Assembly (NCBI GenBank): GCA_964304625.1
Contig: OZ199838.1
Span: forward strand, 3,712,275 to 3,776,274
Direction of reading: 5' to 3'
Length of the DNA: 64,000 nt
From: Kudoa neothunni
Taxonomy: Eukaryota; Animalia; Cnidaria
Shown here: positions 1 through 13,172 of the stretch, piece by piece
Position numbering within the stretch: position 1 is the stretch's first letter
Layout: every line of letters begins with the position of its first letter
Notes under the pieces: model-generated
Databases searched by the model: none
The model's input: only the letters and a program-made list of their open reading frames with translations
What the model was told of the DNA's origin: nothing
Position numbers and translations under genes: made by a program

Positions 1-370
1 AAAAAATTTTTAAATAGGATTTTATCAACTTTTATTTTAGAAAAAATGTTCATAATAAACAAAAAAATAGATTGTAAAAGTTTAATTGTAGATATAACGG
101 ACCATTAAAATTGATTATGGAGAACATTGTAATACGCTCATCACAAAGATTGATCCTTTCTTTTCCAAATATATTTAGCAATATTGAGAAACTCCTTTTA
201 ACATCAACGGGGTAAACTGGTAACGTCAAGATATCTTGATAGTCTCAAGTGTGACAAGCATTCCACACTTTATTCCATTGAATCAATATGTATGGTCGAG
301 ATGAATCTTTTATCATTTTACATAACATGATGTACTCTTTATTATTCTCAACCATCTCTTTAATTTTTAA

Positions 371-2041
371 CCTTCCGATCGCCTCAAAACCGACTATTCA
401 CTTAGGTCATTTGGGGCCTATTAGACCCCACTTTTTTATTTAATATTATGAATTTAAATAATTTTTAAAATTTCGTCATGCAAAAATAAAAAAATTTTAT
501 CGACAAAATCGCACAATATTGACAAAAAACATGAATGGGGAATTTTCCGATACAGCCCAAATAATGTTAAGTCAATTTTTATGAAATATTATTTAAAATA
601 ATGTATTATAAATTACCTCATATATAATTAATTAGAACAAAATTTTACAATGCAGAAAAATAGTTATCAACAAAATGGACTAAAAAGATCTCCAACGTTT
701 AACTTAGACACATATCAATGTAAAAGTTAAAATCTGCCTTCTGTGACTTCCCTATTATTATCTGTGAGTTTAAGGGAACGGTAATATCATTATTTATATC
801 AGTTCAACAATAAAATCGATGCTCTACCTCTAATTAACAATTTATTATCAACATCAAAACAGACATCTCACTTCGTAAAAATATGAAATGTATTAAATAA
901 TCCAAACATTTATTTTTGTCTAATGAATAGTTAAAACAAGCACATATATTTATTTTCTTGTGATAACTGTTTCTTCGACTAACAGCACATTGTTAACGCA
1001 ATTTTTTGAAACAATATTGGTGCTATTTTGATTTCCTGCTCATGATTTAGTTACAAATTTAACGTCAAGGAACTGCTGAAGGAACGGAACGTGCTAGCGA
1101 TATCCTCTAAAAATTAGACTCTTGATTTTTCCATCATTGAATATGATTTTATAAGCTGCCGAATTAGCTAAAATTAACAAATTTTTATTATTTAATGACT
1201 TAAGAGGCTAGAATTTTCTTTTCATTAAACAGAAAAAGTGTGCTACTTGACTCCTTTGTTTTATTTTTTTCCACTATACACGGAACATTTCTATTATTAG
1301 CTCTAAGTGTTCTAATCATGATAACAACCATTTTCAATAGCTGAAAACACTTTTCTGCAATTATTTTAATAATGAAAGTAAAAAATATTGGAATTACACG
1401 CAACATTTCTGTAAAAATTGCCTTCCAAAAATACGTCAAAAAATCCGTTATATGAAAGATTATCTGAGTTGTAACATTCGTAAGATCAGAGAACTTACAA
1501 AATTTTTTCTTAGTATTTTAGAGATTTTTAAAGCTTCTGCAGCCAAGATAAAGTTATTATCATAATATTCAGACAAATCAGTTACAGAATCAATAAAATA
1601 GGAGGATTCGATTATTTCACGAAATTCGGACTTATAATCGGCGGAATATATCTTGTTAAAGGCCTCCATGAAGACAAATTTCCACAATTCGCGTAGTTCG
1701 TGTATAATCGTATAAACTCGCCAGAAAGTATATCTCATTTTTCTCTTTATTTCGTCGATAGATTTTGTTCATATTCCTGATTCCGTTTTATTATAATTTT
1801 ATACATAATACGATAAAATAAAATTGTGGGGTCTATTAGAATCCAAACGCACCAAGTGTATAATTATTATTTTATTTTTCATATATTATTGATAATTCAA
1901 AACTTGATTGACGAGAATTCAGTGTAAAAATTTAATAAGAGTAAACCGAGTTTTAGAAAATTCAAATGATTGGAAGGGACCAAATACTAACCTTTAATAT
2001 GGCTTGGGGTCCAATAGATGATCCCGAACGCAGTCGGAAAA
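371..2041 (-). mobile_element. Heavily degraded piggyBac-family element
   Basis: TTAA|CCTTCCGA at the left end, degenerate TCGGAAAA|TTAC at the right. Subterminal inverted motifs (TATTAGACCCCAC ~419-431 / GTGGGGTCTATTAGA ~1826-1840). Minus-strand fragment IRTLRANNRNVP...STLFLFNEKKILAS resembles the piggyBac GTLRxNKRxIP region. Confidence 0.6.
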
Positions 2042-3366
2042 TTACAACTAACAGAGATTATCAAAATTTAATTTATCAATAGTAATTAGAGCAATGGTGC
2101 ACAAACTTTTGGAATATTGGGCGAAATTTTAATCTTCGAACATTTTCAGGGGTCAGAAAGTTTAAAACTAAAGTTAAAGCTTAAACTTTGAATAAATTTA
2201 CGAATTTTGAAACGTAATATTAAAAATAATTCATGAATAAAAATTTTACTAAATGTTTTACATTAAATGACGAATGACATAGAAAACAAATAATATTCGT
2301 CCTCTGTAAAATAAATCAATATTTTTCCGTCCAGGAGTCATTAAATTTTCTATTCTCGCATAAAACTTTTTTTCGAATTTAAGTCAATTTAACTTTGAAA
2401 TAAAATAAAAAAAGCGAATTTTTAAGTTATAAATCCACCCAATACCTGTATGATTTTCTCCTCCATACACACTCAAGAAGAAATAATTAAAATTGGAACA
2501 TGAACTTCGATTAATCAAACGTTTTTTATACATCACAAGGTGAAGTGGCTAACAATAATAAATCTTTTTGCCTATGTAGATAGTTTTTTTGATGCTTCGT
2601 TCCTAACGGTTCATATATAATAGAAATCTCAAATATATTTGTTTAATAACTTCATTAGATGTTATTGATACATTCAATAACTGGATAAACCAGTTGAAGT
2701 TAAATAATCGAAAGCTTTATTCAATCCAAATAAAAGTATACCATTAATCTGAACATAAGTAGGGTTCATCACGGGTCACAAAAAAAGCTCATTGAGTGCC
2801 GGAGTTTATGCACCCCATAATTAGAGTATTTCGATTAATATATTTAACCATTTGAAAAATACAAAGAGAAGGAATAGTTTCCTCAAAATTTTTGAGTATT
2901 TATCGATTAAATTCTTCATTTGTGGTATCACACATATTTTCACATTTAAATATCAAATTGTTTCAAGATTCAAATGGAACAGGGTCAATAATATCCTTAT
3001 TATTGTTGACCGAATTATCTCCCTTAATTCCAACGTTATCCTTTATCCAATCAAGTATCCGCCGTGTACAATTCTCACTTGTTTCTATTATCCCTTAAAC
3101 ACTACCCCTGGGCTCCACGAACCCACTTCCGAATAAAACTCGCTTTAAATTCGTCAATTTTAAACATTTTTACCCCGGATTTCACTTAAATTCATAAAAA
3201 ATTGTTTTCCATAATTTTGTAAAATATCTGAAAAAATTGTTTTCCGCATATTAAACTGTTTGAGATACAGATGAGCTTATTGTTATGTAAACAAATATCA
3301 AATACGGTCATTTTTAATCCTAAATATTGACAGGATTTTCCCAGCACATTGTATTGTCCAGCAATA

Positions 3367-5077
3367 ATGGCTTCTTTTGATGCAGAAAGTATATCTTCAG
3401 ATGAGATTGAAAGGTTATTGCAGATAGAAAGAGAACCTAAATTTGTTAATGTTAAATTAATGAGTAATTTCAATTTTGAAGTGTTTTGCATTATTTTTCT
3501 ATTTATAGATGATATTGACATTACAAATGAATGCACTCCAATGAATGAAAATAGTATAAAGTCCACTTCTTATATTTCAAAAGACAAATCTTTGGTCTGG
3601 TCTCGGAAATCCATACGTGGACGAACTGCCAATCAAAATATTATCAATAATAACCTAGAGGAACGAAAACCTATTGAAACATTGGACACACAAACCATAT
3701 TGATCTGATCTCACTTTCGAATTTTATAAGAGAAGAGATGCTCGAAGAAATTTTATTTTTCACAAACCGTAAGGTTTTGAAAAACATAATGATTTGTGGA
3801 AACACCTAGATTGTATCGAATTAAAAGCTTTCTAAGGATTGCTGTTATTGGCTGGTACCTATAAATCAAACCTAGAGAGTACCAGGATTGTGTGGCATAA
3901 AATTCACGGAAGACCATTATTTCTCGCCACTACGAGTGAAATAAGATTTCAAAAAATCTTAAATTGCTTGCGCTTTGATGAATATTGGAGGTGTATAAAG
4001 TTCCCAAATTCAGCTAATAAATTTTCCCCGTTTGTAAACTGTTTGGGAATTTTTCTGAAATCTGTAGGAATTGTTATATCCCTGGACCTAATTTGACCGT
4101 AGATGAACAATTATATCCGTTCCGAGCGCGTGTATCATTTCTTGTTTACATGCCAAAATAATCATCCAAATATGGGCTAAAATTTTGGATCGTGTGTGAT
4201 AGTCAAACACATTATGTATCCAACGTTTTACCTTACTTGGATAGAATTGATGAGTGTCGTGAAATAAATCTAAGTTTTAATGTTGTCATTGATTTGACTT
4301 AACATTTTTTGGACTCTGAAGAACTATTACGTGTGATAATTATTTCACTTCATTGAAGCTAGCCCTATATCTACGAGAAAGAAAAACAATCATTGTTGGT
4401 ATGGTACGCAAATGTCGAATATTTATTCCACCTGAATTTCAACCAAATAACTCTCGAAAGATATTTTCATCCTTATTTGGTTTCTATAAGTCATTTACCC
4501 TAATTTTTTATGTACCGAGGAAAAACAAGACTGTAATAATTCTTTCTTCGGAGCATCGTACACCAAATATTAGTTCAAATTACCATCGTAAACCAAAAGC
4601 AATCTTGGATTATAATGTACAGAAATGTGGCGTTGACACTTTGGATCAATGTATTTCCACGTATACATGTAAAAGCAAATGTAGACGGTGGCCATTCGTT
4701 GTATTTTGTCAAATACTTGATATAGCTGCGTTCAATGCATTTGTTGTCTTTATTCATGGCAATCCCGATTATTGTGACACAAACAAGTCAAATCGTCGCC
4801 AACAATTTCTCATGGATTTGTCCATGTCAGTAATTAAGCCCTTGCAGGAAAGGAGATATAAACGTGAATTTGTTTCTAACCAGCCTGCTGTTAAAAGAAC
4901 AGTGGGAATAGTTGGTTTCGAATTTAATAAAGAAAGTGATCCTCTAGTGGAAAACCAAGAAAATAATCAAAGAAAGCGATGCTGTTTGTGTCCTACCAGT
5001 ATTGTATGTCGAAGCAAGCAAGTCTGTCACTTGTGATCGAAATATTTGTAATGAACATTCAACGAAAAACATTATTT
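3367..5077 (+). pseudogene. piggyBac DDD transposase pseudogene; last Cys-rich residues resume at 6135-6163 after the Merlin insertion
   Basis: ORF fragments 3349-3708, 3839-4096 and 4353-5036 carry RFQKILNCLRFD, GVDTLDQ, RRWP and CCLC...CHL. Reading across the Merlin gives CDRNICNEHSTKNIICLNC. Confidence 0.85.
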
Positions 5078-6126
5078 GGCTATTCTTTACAAAACGGGAC
5101 TGCAGTCGGAAAACTTTCGTCGCGCGCCCGGAAAATGGAAAACTTCAGGAGAAATTTTGATTTGGAGAATATTGATTCCATCAATATGATGGAATATGCA
5201 TTTTTTAGGATCGACACAATTTATACCATCAAAACATTGCAGAATCTTGGTCTAATTTCATCAGAGAAAACGTGTATTTGTGGGACGATGATGCATCTCA
5301 TATCAAATAAAACTTGCCAAGATCTGTTTTTCTTCCGATGCCCGGGTTGTTTGAAGAAGCAAAATCTACGAGTTGGATCAATATTTCAACATTCTAAACT
5401 GCCACTGTGGAAACTATTTATATTTTTCCTCGTAAAAATTCAATTCAGCAAGGTTACCTACGAAGAAATACAAAGGCACGTCGGAATCCTCTCTTCAAAA
5501 GCAATATGTGATTGGCCTGAATTATTAAGGAGTATTATCACATTGAAGATTACTGACGAGAGAAAAAAAACTGGCGGTGCAAATGTCGTTGTCCAGATCG
5601 ATTAATCTGCGGTGACTAAACGAAAATATAATGTTGGTAGACTGTTAAAAACCCAGCAATATTGGATTGTTGGTGGTATAGATGAGGAAGGTGAATGTTT
5701 TTTTGAACTGACGCAGAGAAGAAGCAGCTCTGTATTGGAAAAAATTATTCTCGATAATGTTGAAGAGAATTCTGTTATCTGGACTAATAAATGGAGAGGC
5801 TATAATCACCTGAACGATTTAGGATTTTTTCACGATACGGTCTGTCACAAATATTCGTTTATTTCTGGTACTGGTGTACACACAAATAAGCTCGAAGCTA
5901 CGTGGGGAGGATTTAAAAGGAAGTATCGAAATATTACAAATAAAAATGAAGGGTCATTATATAACTTCATTTCGGATTATATATTCCGTGAAAAATATAG
6001 AGGCGTCGAACTTAGCACTTTCTTTAGAGAAATTATGAATAATTATTTAATATAATTTATTGTGTTGTTTTTTCGCGATTTTCTCCTAAAGTTTCCGACT
6101 GCAGTCCCGTTTTGTAAAGAATAGCC
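5078..6126 (+). mobile_element. Merlin (IS1595/ISXO2-like) DNA transposon, 1049 bp, near-intact
   Basis: ~39-bp near-perfect TIRs GGCTATTCTTTACAAAACGGGACTGCAGTCGGAAA; 8-bp TSD CATTATTT/TATTATTT. ORF 5135-6055 has a Zn ribbon (CxC...CxxC) and motifs VQID*S, WTNKWRGY, HTNKLEATW, with one in-frame TAA at 5603-5605. Confidence 0.92.
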
Positions 6127-7489
6127 TATTATTTGTTTAAACTGTGACTCACAACAAAAATAATTTAAACATATTTCTTGTTTATGATTTTTTATTGAAT
6201 GCTATGTGAATGTTTATAACGGTTGGAACATATGGTAGGAGTGGATTTAAAATGAATAATTATTAATTTTGCTAACTAACTCAATAGAAATTTTGATTAA
6301 AATACAAATAAATTAAAGCTGACAACGAATAAATACATTTTAATAATAAGAAACAATATAATAATTCCTGCTAAGTATTTTTGTTATACGTAATAGTAAG
6401 GTATATCATACTACCTTTAGCTATTCTATTTTTGTTTATATATCATATATAACTTGACCTGCTAATAGCAGAAGAGTCAATTTAAGATTAAATTATAATA
6501 CCGCGTTCGACGTAAGTTAATCCCTGGGTTCCAGGAGGTTAGTGTTTGTTAGTGTTTAAGGGTTAATTCTGAGAAATCGCACAACGGAGTAAAAGCATCA
6601 TTTAAAAAATTGAATAAGAATTAAAATATATTAAGGCTACCAGATTATATCCCCAAAAATTCTTTAACATCTTTGCAACATATACAGACCTATCAATCAA
6701 CCCTCGGTAGTTTCTAAATCGTTCTACTCCATCAAGTAATTTGTCAGTTCACTTCGCTTCCTCTCAGTTTATGAATGTTCCTCCAATTCGACGTTTTAAA
6801 TCGATAAAAATTGATTTTACTCGAAAATTTCCAATCCTAGTTTAAACGAATCACGCAATCATTCTTTAATATTGTATTTTTTAATTTTTTTTGTTTGAAA
6901 TTTGCATAATTTTATAATACATTTATTAAAAATTTTTAAAATATTTAATAAAAAAATTGAGATTTTACCACATTGATGTTATTTTTAGGTAGTTTTCCTT
7001 AGTGTTAGAAATTTAATATTCGGGTCATATCGTAAACAAAAAATAATCAATATCAAAATGCCAGACTTTAATGTCGGTAGAAAATAATGTGAGAGTAGAT
7101 AAAAAAAAAACCCAAATTAAGCACGCACATTAGAGATAATTTCGTGTCGGCATACACACCTAAGATTAACTAAAGTGATCAAGAGCGCGTTGCTTGCCTA
7201 AACCCCACAATAACTCTCATTTCATATAACATCCTTGACCTAACTCGTCAAAAAATTCTTATAATTAATAATCTTTTATGAAATAATGGTAGAGCCCTTA
7301 TTTTTGAAATTATTTAGAAAAATAATACAATTTGCGCAGCGAACAAGTCACGCACCATAGAATACACACGAAATGTATCAGGTTGTTACAACTAAACGTG
7401 TTGGCGCATAGCAAGATCATCATACGAGCACTAACAAATTTAATCGTAATTACTAAAAGTATGAAAGTTATAGAATCTGACAAACTGAT

Positions 7490-8173
7490 TTACTGGAAAA
7501 AGGCTAGTTCTTCCCGTAACCAATCCTCGGTCAACTCTTCAGTATCTCTAACCTTTAACAACTAAAATGTGTTAGTCGGCTTTGTTAATTTTTATGCTAA
7601 CCAGTTACCCTTCCAAACTGACCTGCCTTCATTACCATATCTACACTCTGGGTGTACATAATATTTAGTTCTGTTTTGCAACCTATAGCAGAGTACTCGA
7701 AAAATCTCAAGAGTAAAGATGATGTTACCATGTGGGCACACATACACTATCATCATAGGAAATGTTATTCTGCCATCTCTTTTCACTTCTTTGCATATTA
7801 TTCCAACAAATCGAGGTTCTCTCTCAGGTAGTTCATTGACCAACTCTTCCATATCGAATTCCTAGTTGAATAAAACAATAAGTCAATGTGAGAGGGTAAT
7901 TGATTAGCTTCAATTAAATACCTCGAGACCTCCATCGATAACAAATTTCAAATTGGATACGTCTAGTTTAACTACAATTCAAGTTGAGTTATAAGTTTAA
8001 TCATCACGAAATGTATACCAATAATAGCAGCATTTTCTTTTACTTGTTTGAACCGAAATTTCTTTAGAGCTTGGACTGTTTCGTCGGGTACTGTGCAAAT
8101 TTGACATCCAGACTAAGGTAAGTGCGGGTTTGAAAATTTTATTATAAAAAGCAAACTATCGGGTTTATACCAT
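7490..8173 (-). CDS. GMF: Glia maturation factor (ADF-H/cofilin-like Arp2/3 debranching protein), 6 exons
   Basis: Spliced product M|SGCQICTVPDETVQALKKFRFKQVKENAAII|VKLD...ELPEREPRF...DGRITFP...GCKTELNIMY...VRDTEELTEDWLREELAFFQ*. GT-AG introns include 8113-8170, 7972-8018 and 7862-7921. The first exon is ATG only. Confidence 0.93.
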
Positions 8174-9781
8174 TTTTATGATATTTTTGATAGGTATATA
8201 ATTAAATTATTGGAAGTAGTGTAATCACTAAGACAATTTTAATGTATTTACGAAGATTATAATCAATTAATAATTAATGAGGGATTTTGTCGAGAAAATA
8301 TTATTGTTGTATCATTTTGCCACATGACAATTCTATTGATCATACATACGTTGAATTGGTCATGTATTTCTAGTTAAATCAATTCTAAAGGGCTGAAATT
8401 AATAAACTTTCTTTATTGGGCACTAATCGGATGGGGCGTTCTACCGTGTTAATCCAGTTCGTGGTGTTTCGCCGTTAAACTGTTAATTTATCGGTCTAGA
8501 GCCATAGCATTTCTGTTTTTCTCTTATTAATAGCATATTTTCATTACATGATACATATATTGTATATTGTTAGAGGCCGTATAAAGACTATTGAAAAATT
8601 CATATGGATCAGCAGTTATTAATTTATTTCTTTAGGGTATTCAGGGTATTCACATGCAGAATTTCGACATGATGCGTCAATCTAGACTTTAAAAATCTAT
8701 TTTCATATTCACCCTTAACATAAGAACAAACGAAAATATTTCCAGATAAAACTTTTAAGTAAATTATTTTAGAGACATAAAACAATTAATGTAAGTGGTT
8801 ATCAGCCTCATATTGTCATACAGTAAGTAGTACGCACTTTCATCGGTACCACGTATTCGAAGTTTATATTGCGTGAAACGTTTTATAATATTTTTGTGAT
8901 TGTAAAAAGATAAAAATCATAAAATATAATTTTAATTAAACTAGGTAGGGTAGGAAATTTCCAATATGTTATATCACGTGACTAACATACAATATGCACT
9001 TTTCTCGATTAAACCACATAGATTAGATTGTTCTATTGGAGGCAAGGGAAATTTTTTTATTTTGACGATTGAATTTTTGAGATATCTATTAAAAAACGAT
9101 CATTTCCATACAATGTTAGTTGCCAATTAAAGAATATTATAGATGCATATAAATAATGATTTTACGATTTAAATGTAAAAAATTTTTTTTATTGCGCTAA
9201 AAAGTGAATAAGACCCAAAATAATATTTCTAATTTTGTTGGAACTCACCATTCACTAAATTTTATCTCAATGTAAAAGGGTATAAATATTATATCAATAA
9301 ATAGGATTAAAACAAAAAATGCGAATTATTTTTCGCCAAAATAATATTAACAATGTTTTTTGTTATTCTAATTAAATAAAAAGGATAATAACCATGCAGA
9401 AAAATAAAGACAACACAACCCTAATTTACTGAGCACGCACTTAGAACGTATTATCGGTTGTCTACTGTAACGTGAACCTCCCATTTCCAATCGTTTAATT
9501 AATCCCTGAAAACAAGCGAATGGGGATTTAAAATAGATGTTTACATGATGTAATAGAATTATAGAAATATCCAGTGATTTATCAATCTAAGCATGATTAG
9601 ATGACGCTATCAAAAAACATAAACTGAGTAGACAACTATCATAGCAAGAAAAAATATACTTGTAATAATCGTCTTCCTAATGAGGATCTTTTAAGATTAT
9701 AATGAAGGGGGTTCGATGTAGGCAAAATATCGATTAATTGGATATAATTAACAAGTTAAAATAGACTATACTTATACTTAA

Positions 9782-12094
9782 CCCATTAAGGGTTCTATTT
9801 TTCAAATTATACAAAAACTTACAAAAACATAAAAAAATAATTTTGATTGTACATTATGAAATAAAATTCTAAAATAATTTCTTTACGCGAAGAAAAATAG
9901 ATTTTACAAAAGTACCGAAAGGGGAACGCAAAACCTTCGGTGTGCGAAATCCTAATAGAGCTGGCCGAGATGCGCGTTCAAATAAAAACAAATTTTTGAA
10001 TTTTGAGCATGCTAAAATGGTATTGTTATTTATTATGAAAGCCTTCTGAATATTTTATACGCAAATAAACATTACAGCTCTTGCAATAATGGATTGTTGT
10101 TTTCCGGCAAATGGCGCATCTCTTTCTTTTTTTATCTGAGGAAGATGTTATGCGTGGTTTTTGGCACATGGACGCATTTTGTTGTTTGCTAAGAAGAGAC
10201 CTTCGACCGATCGGAACATTTTCTGTGATAACCTCCAAGAATTCACCACAGCCATAGATAACATATTGGTAAAAAGTGGTCAGTACCACTTTTTGGATCT
10301 AAATTTTATCCGATAGCAAGCTATTGAGTTATCCGCAATATCTACTCCCCCATATGTTTATTGTACATGTACACATTGAAGGGTTGATCAATTGTGCAGT
10401 AAGTTTTTTTGCATTTACAATATCTTTCGACTTTATTAGTTGGATATGGACCAAAGCAATTGGACAAAACAAGTACAGATTTTGTATCATTCCAATGTGA
10501 TAACGAAATATTCGACGATTTAATAACAAAATGTTCACTTGTGCCTCGGAGTTTTTTTTTCCATTAAGCGTTTCGGCGTTATAGGACATTTAGAAATTCT
10601 ATTATCATGGATTGTTTCAGTTGCTTTAATGTTGTTTTTGGATAATTTATCAAATAATTTGAATGACGAAAAGAAATTATCGAAGAATAGTTTCACACCG
10701 CTTATTTCTTTTAGATTGCAATCATTAACAAAATTTTGAACCACGTTCCCACCAAGTCCCAATTGTTTATCATACATTTCTGACTTGTCAGAGTAAATAG
10801 AAAAATTATAAATATATCTGCTTGAAGATGCCATTATCCACTTTCTAAAGCCAAAGCGGACGGGTTTACCTTACATGTACATCTTACAAGAGTGATGTCC
10901 TGTATAGGGTACCATCTGCTTATCGATAGAAATATTCTTGGTAAATATTTCAAATTTTTTAAAGTTTTTGTTGAGTTTTTCAATCAGAGGTCGTAATTTG
11001 AACATTTTATCATCGTGGCATACTTTAGAATTATCATTAAAATGCAGATACCTTTTAGTGTTTTTAAATTGCTCATAGGTCATTGCCCTTTTCACCATTT
11101 CTACTCCCGAGTCAATGCTGTTTTCCTAATACATATATTGGTATGATAACTTGATAACAACAATATGCCTAGAAAAGCCTTGAGTTGGTTAACAGTTAAA
11201 TTGAAGGTGTGGTCGTTTTTCTGTCAAGCATATACATTGGTTTGTTTAACTATCATTAACATTATGCTTTCATCAAAAAGTTCTTGAAAATAATCGAAGC
11301 ATCCATAATTATCAAAATTCGGTAAAACATCAAAATTCGGTAAAACATCTTCATATATATCTTCTAATATATTCAACGATAAATGATCATTAAAAATTCC
11401 ATTGTTTGTGTTATTGCGGAATGGAATTCCAGGTACAATCTCATTATCATTACCGTCAGCAGGCTGAAGATCTTCATATTGTTCCTCAATTTCACCACAA
11501 ATTTCAGGAATATTGGTTATATCAGTATCCATAGCCAAATTTGGTATTACATTATCCTCCTCATCGGTTAACTCGTCCACATTTTCAGGAGGAAGAGTAA
11601 TAAAATCTACAGAAGCAATCTCTTCATTATCACAAAGCTCATTAATAGCGTCAATTAATTTATTGTAGCGAATTGTCACCATCTGAAAACAATCAACGTA
11701 TCAAATTATTAATTAGAAAATCCCCACGTGGAAGGTTTTGCGTTCCCTTTTCGGCACATGCTCAATTTAGCGCTATCTTTTTTCTTTGTAACTTTATAAT
11801 TCCAAAGTAATAAAACCAGGTTTTAATGAATATTTTCTATCATAGAACTGTATCTTTAACAATTCTATTATTAGATCATTATTTTATTTCTCTATTAGTG
11901 CTAGTTGACCCGAATAGATTAAACAGTAGCCTATCTTATGGAAAAATACACTAAGTCATTTAGCTTATATATAAAATTAAATTAAATGATTCAGTAAATA
12001 AAATATTTCATTTATAAAGAAATTATAATACACTGAGAGAAGAAAATCGTTAGAACAACTATGTGCCGAAAAGGGAACGCAAACCCTTAATGGG
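9782..12094 (-). mobile_element. piggyBac transposon (PGBD2/PGBD3-like transposase pseudogene)
   Basis: Perfect 13-bp TIRs CCCATTAAGGGTT / AACCCTTAATGGG with TTAA on both sides. Subterminal repeats resembling CCGAAAAGGGAACGCAAA at ~9914, ~11737 (inverted) and ~12066. ORF fragments 10026-11682 with ITLPPENVDELTDEE, YLHFNDN, SIDKQMVPY, KLFFDNFFSS and a C-terminal Cys-rich domain. Confidence 0.92.
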
Positions 12095-12479
12095 TTAAGG
12101 AAATATCTATTAACACCGACAATAATATTTAGATGAGTGTATTTTTGAATGTAGTTTATTTTCAAAAAAATAAGAGTGGTTGCGATGGGCGAAATAATTA
12201 AACACATCAGATTCTGAAAATTAAATAGTATACGTCAATTATAAGTATGAGTTGTTTGAATTAAAAATGAACAACGCGCAAACGTAGATGCCATTTAGGA
12301 CAAAAAATGTGTGCCTATAGTCAATTATAATCTATTCTATAAATTATATATTTGCACAAGAAAATAATTGTAAAATGCTTTCTACCCAGATATTGGGAGA
12401 ATATTTTGGGAATAATTTAATGTAAGAAATCTGGTTGTATGGTTTTTTAAGGAGTCAGTTGATCACCATTAAACATTAA

Positions 12480-12734
12480 ACCTTTTGAGGACAACTTTGG
12501 GTTCCACGAGCCCAACTTTCTATTGTTTATAAAATAAATTTTGTTAATAAACTTTCTATACTTTTATGTATTTTCTCCTGAAATTCAACTACTTTACAAA
12601 AAGGATTGTTTATCGGTTAGAGTAATAAAATGGATAAAAGTTCCAACGACAATTCTCAAATTGTAACCAACTTAACAACAAAATAATAATAATAATAAGT
12701 TGAGCTCGTGGAACCTTTGGTTGTTCTAAAAGGG
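12480..12734. mobile_element. Non-autonomous piggyBac-type MITE (~255 bp)
   Basis: TTAA-flanked, ~40-bp imperfect TIRs (..ACAACTTTGGGTTCCACGAGCCCAACTT / AAGTTGAGCTCGTGGAACCTTTGGTTGT..AAGGG). The motif resembles the subterminus of the 3092 element (GGGCTCCACGAACCCACTT). Confidence 0.8.
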
Positions 12735-13172
12735 TTAATCATTGAATGCACAATTTTTTATTTTATGTAACAAATAAGTTTTTCAATCGATAAAAAAATT
12801 CAACCAGGTTTAATAAAATGTTATTACATGAAATCTTATGAGATAATGATAATTGTTTTCTTCTACTTTAATTTATTAAAATATAAGTCAAAGTGTATTT
12901 TATTCGTTTTGTCTGGATATACTTTAACGATTAAGTGGAAATAATCATACCACAGCTAATCATGGTGTTCTACCTCTTTCAATATACATTCCATTAATTT
13001 CCAAATAACGTATTACCCCTGTAAGATTGCATTAACTTTCGAATATAAATTTTTTGATAGTTATAGGCCAATAAAGATATATTGATTGGATTTTAAGGAA
13101 TTTACATATTCATCTCCATGTTTTAACAAGTAATAACTCTATAAAAATACTCAAATATAGATACAGGCCAGG

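Larger units (their letters stand above)
3092..6562 (+). mobile_element. piggyBac transposon (PGBD4-like transposase pseudogene) carrying a nested Merlin element
   Basis: 13-bp TIRs CCCTTAAACACTA (3092-3104) / TAGTGTTTAAGGG (6550-6562), flanked by TTAT and TTAA. Motifs LTVDEQL, CDNYFT and DYNVQKCGVDTLDQ plus a C-terminal Cys-rich domain. Multiple stops and frameshifts. Confidence 0.9.

Noticed and set aside
4979-5134. Apparent piggyBac-Merlin fusion ORF (4979-5605)
   Set aside because: The upstream part is an off-frame read through piggyBac DNA and the Merlin TIR; the natural start is the ATG at 5135.
5603-5605. In-frame TAA at a conserved Glu suggesting a reassigned stop codon
   Set aside because: GMF, LIG1, the UCK-like gene and the orphan gene all end in TAA at the expected C-terminus; a GAA-to-TAA mutation in a dead transposon is simpler.
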